A stretch of DNA of 64,000 nucleotides, taken from positions 13,377,950-13,441,949 of the forward strand of contig MU054323.1 of NCBI GenBank assembly GCA_013239625.1, in the 5' to 3' direction. Numbering within the stretch: the first letter of the stretch is position 1; the number at the start of each line of letters is the position of its first letter. The position numbers and the translations under genes were made by a program. The stretch comes from Lama guanicoe (Eukaryota). This document shows positions 62,900 to 64,000 of this stretch, piece by piece. Under the pieces are notes generated by a model, which was not told the origin of the DNA, searched no databases, and worked only from the letters and a program-made list of their open reading frames with translations.

Positions 62900-64000
62900 T
62901 GTTGAAGGGTGGGTTTCCCAGGAAGCATCTGGGATGGAGATTAGTGTGCAGGAATTTTTATGGGAAGCACTCTTGGGATCAACATTGTAGAAAGGAAGAG
63001 AAAGAAGTAGTCAGTATTGGACAGAAGAAAAAATTGCACTGTCATGTAGTATCAGCAAAGGCTCAGCCAACCCTTTGGGGACCCTGAAGCTATAATGCCC
63101 TTTAATGTTGTCCTGAGATAAGGTGAGGGGTTTAGGCCTTTGTATTATACACTGACTAGTTAATGGAGCTGAGCTGCCCTGGGGAAGGAGGAATAACTTT
63201 GCACAAGACAGAATTCTCCAGCCTAGAGTAATTTCTGATGACGGTCAGCCAATAGTGCCCTCAATAGCTGGGTGAATAAGTCCTTCAGTCTTCAAGGGGA
63301 CAGAGCACATCACAGTTTCTACTATGGTCCACTATTTGCACTACTCAGATCCACTTCTCCATATAAATTCTGGGAAGAGTTCCTCCAAGATCCTGTCGGA
63401 ACTCTTTTCCTGGGGGAAATGGATAAGGTTAGTAGGATAAAAAATAGCCCTGACTATAAGCAATCAGAGCCCAAGTACTTGGAGCCACAACTGATATTTA
63501 TCTACTACCCATTTTAGATTCCCTCATTCTCAGCCACCATCATTGCTGAGTAGATGGCTTACCTTTCAGTATGACCCATATCTTCATTTCTGACATCTCT
63601 GAGCTCCTGATCTCCATGTCTTTCTTAAGCATGACTGCTGTGTTTGTCCATCTATCATCAAGATGAGCAAAGGAATGTCAGGAGGCACCCCAGCGGATCA
63701 CCAGGATCCCATCACATTCTTCTCTGTTCCATTATGTGGCAGCAGCCCTCCTCCTTCTGATGATCACAGTCCTCACTGCTAGCTGGCTGGCTGGGTAGCA
63801 GCTTCGGAATCCCATATGGGCATCTTGGACCACCCCTGTTTTTCTAGGACCACCTCTGCCATTGTTGCAAGCTGAGTTTCCTGGGAAGCAGATCTATCAC
63901 ACAGGAATTGAATTAGGGAATGTTCTTGGAACCATGCCTGCAGGAGGGAAGGGAAGGAAACAATATTAGGTAAACGAAGAAAATGGCTTTTCAATCTCAA
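62900..64000 (-). mobile_element. Ancient ERVL element: LTR16-like 3' LTR (~62900-63324), short internal (~63325-63862) and 5' LTR from 63863 running off the window
   Basis: Two similar LTR ends (GGGTTTCCCAGGAAGCA...CTCTTGGGATCA and GAGTTTCCTGGGAAGCAG...TTCTTGGAACCA); minus-strand TGG PBS-like start at 63861 and PPT-like GTGGAC next to the other LTR. Confidence 0.7.

Noticed and set aside
1..64000. Prokaryote-style novel system (operon, CRISPR array, defence locus)
   Set aside because: The sequence is a spliced mammalian gene plus mammalian repeats; there are no gene-dense ORFs or repeat-spacer arrays.
50590..64000. Coding exons of RASGRP3 or another gene
   Set aside because: No ORF or splice-bounded segment with a recognisable protein sequence; a non-coding first exon cannot be excluded.

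Overview
Mammalian genomic DNA, most likely a camelid, judged from three tRNA-Ala-derived Vic-1-type SINEs and cetartiodactyl-type L1s. Positions 1-~25,600 hold the 3' end of LTBP1 on the + strand: five coding exons (497-637, 1612-1782, 19822-19944, 23215-23364, 24493-24674). All have canonical AG/GT sites, are joined by phase-1 introns, and encode cbEGF, the last 8-Cys/TB domain, a linker, EGF and cbEGF, followed by the stop and a ~0.8-0.9 kb 3' UTR. The introns carry only old repeats (MIR, L2, MER5, MER58, Tigger1, an MLT2 solo LTR), one strong CTCF-like site and a CpG-rich patch around one exon. Downstream (27.1-50.6 kb) is a ~23 kb nest of retroelements: a minus-strand class I ERV (5' LTR, PBS, decayed gag) broken by two near-full-length decayed L1s, which contain younger L1 3' fragments and SINEs, plus a solo LTR. 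The rest is intergenic repeats with a motif-dense candidate regulatory element near 56.2 kb; by human synteny the next gene would be RASGRP3, but no exon of it is recognisable here. I found no convincing new biological system. The most unusual items are structural oddities in the L1/ERV nest and candidate regulatory sites. Repeat subfamily names come from recognising consensus sequences from memory and should be confirmed with RepeatMasker/Dfam.
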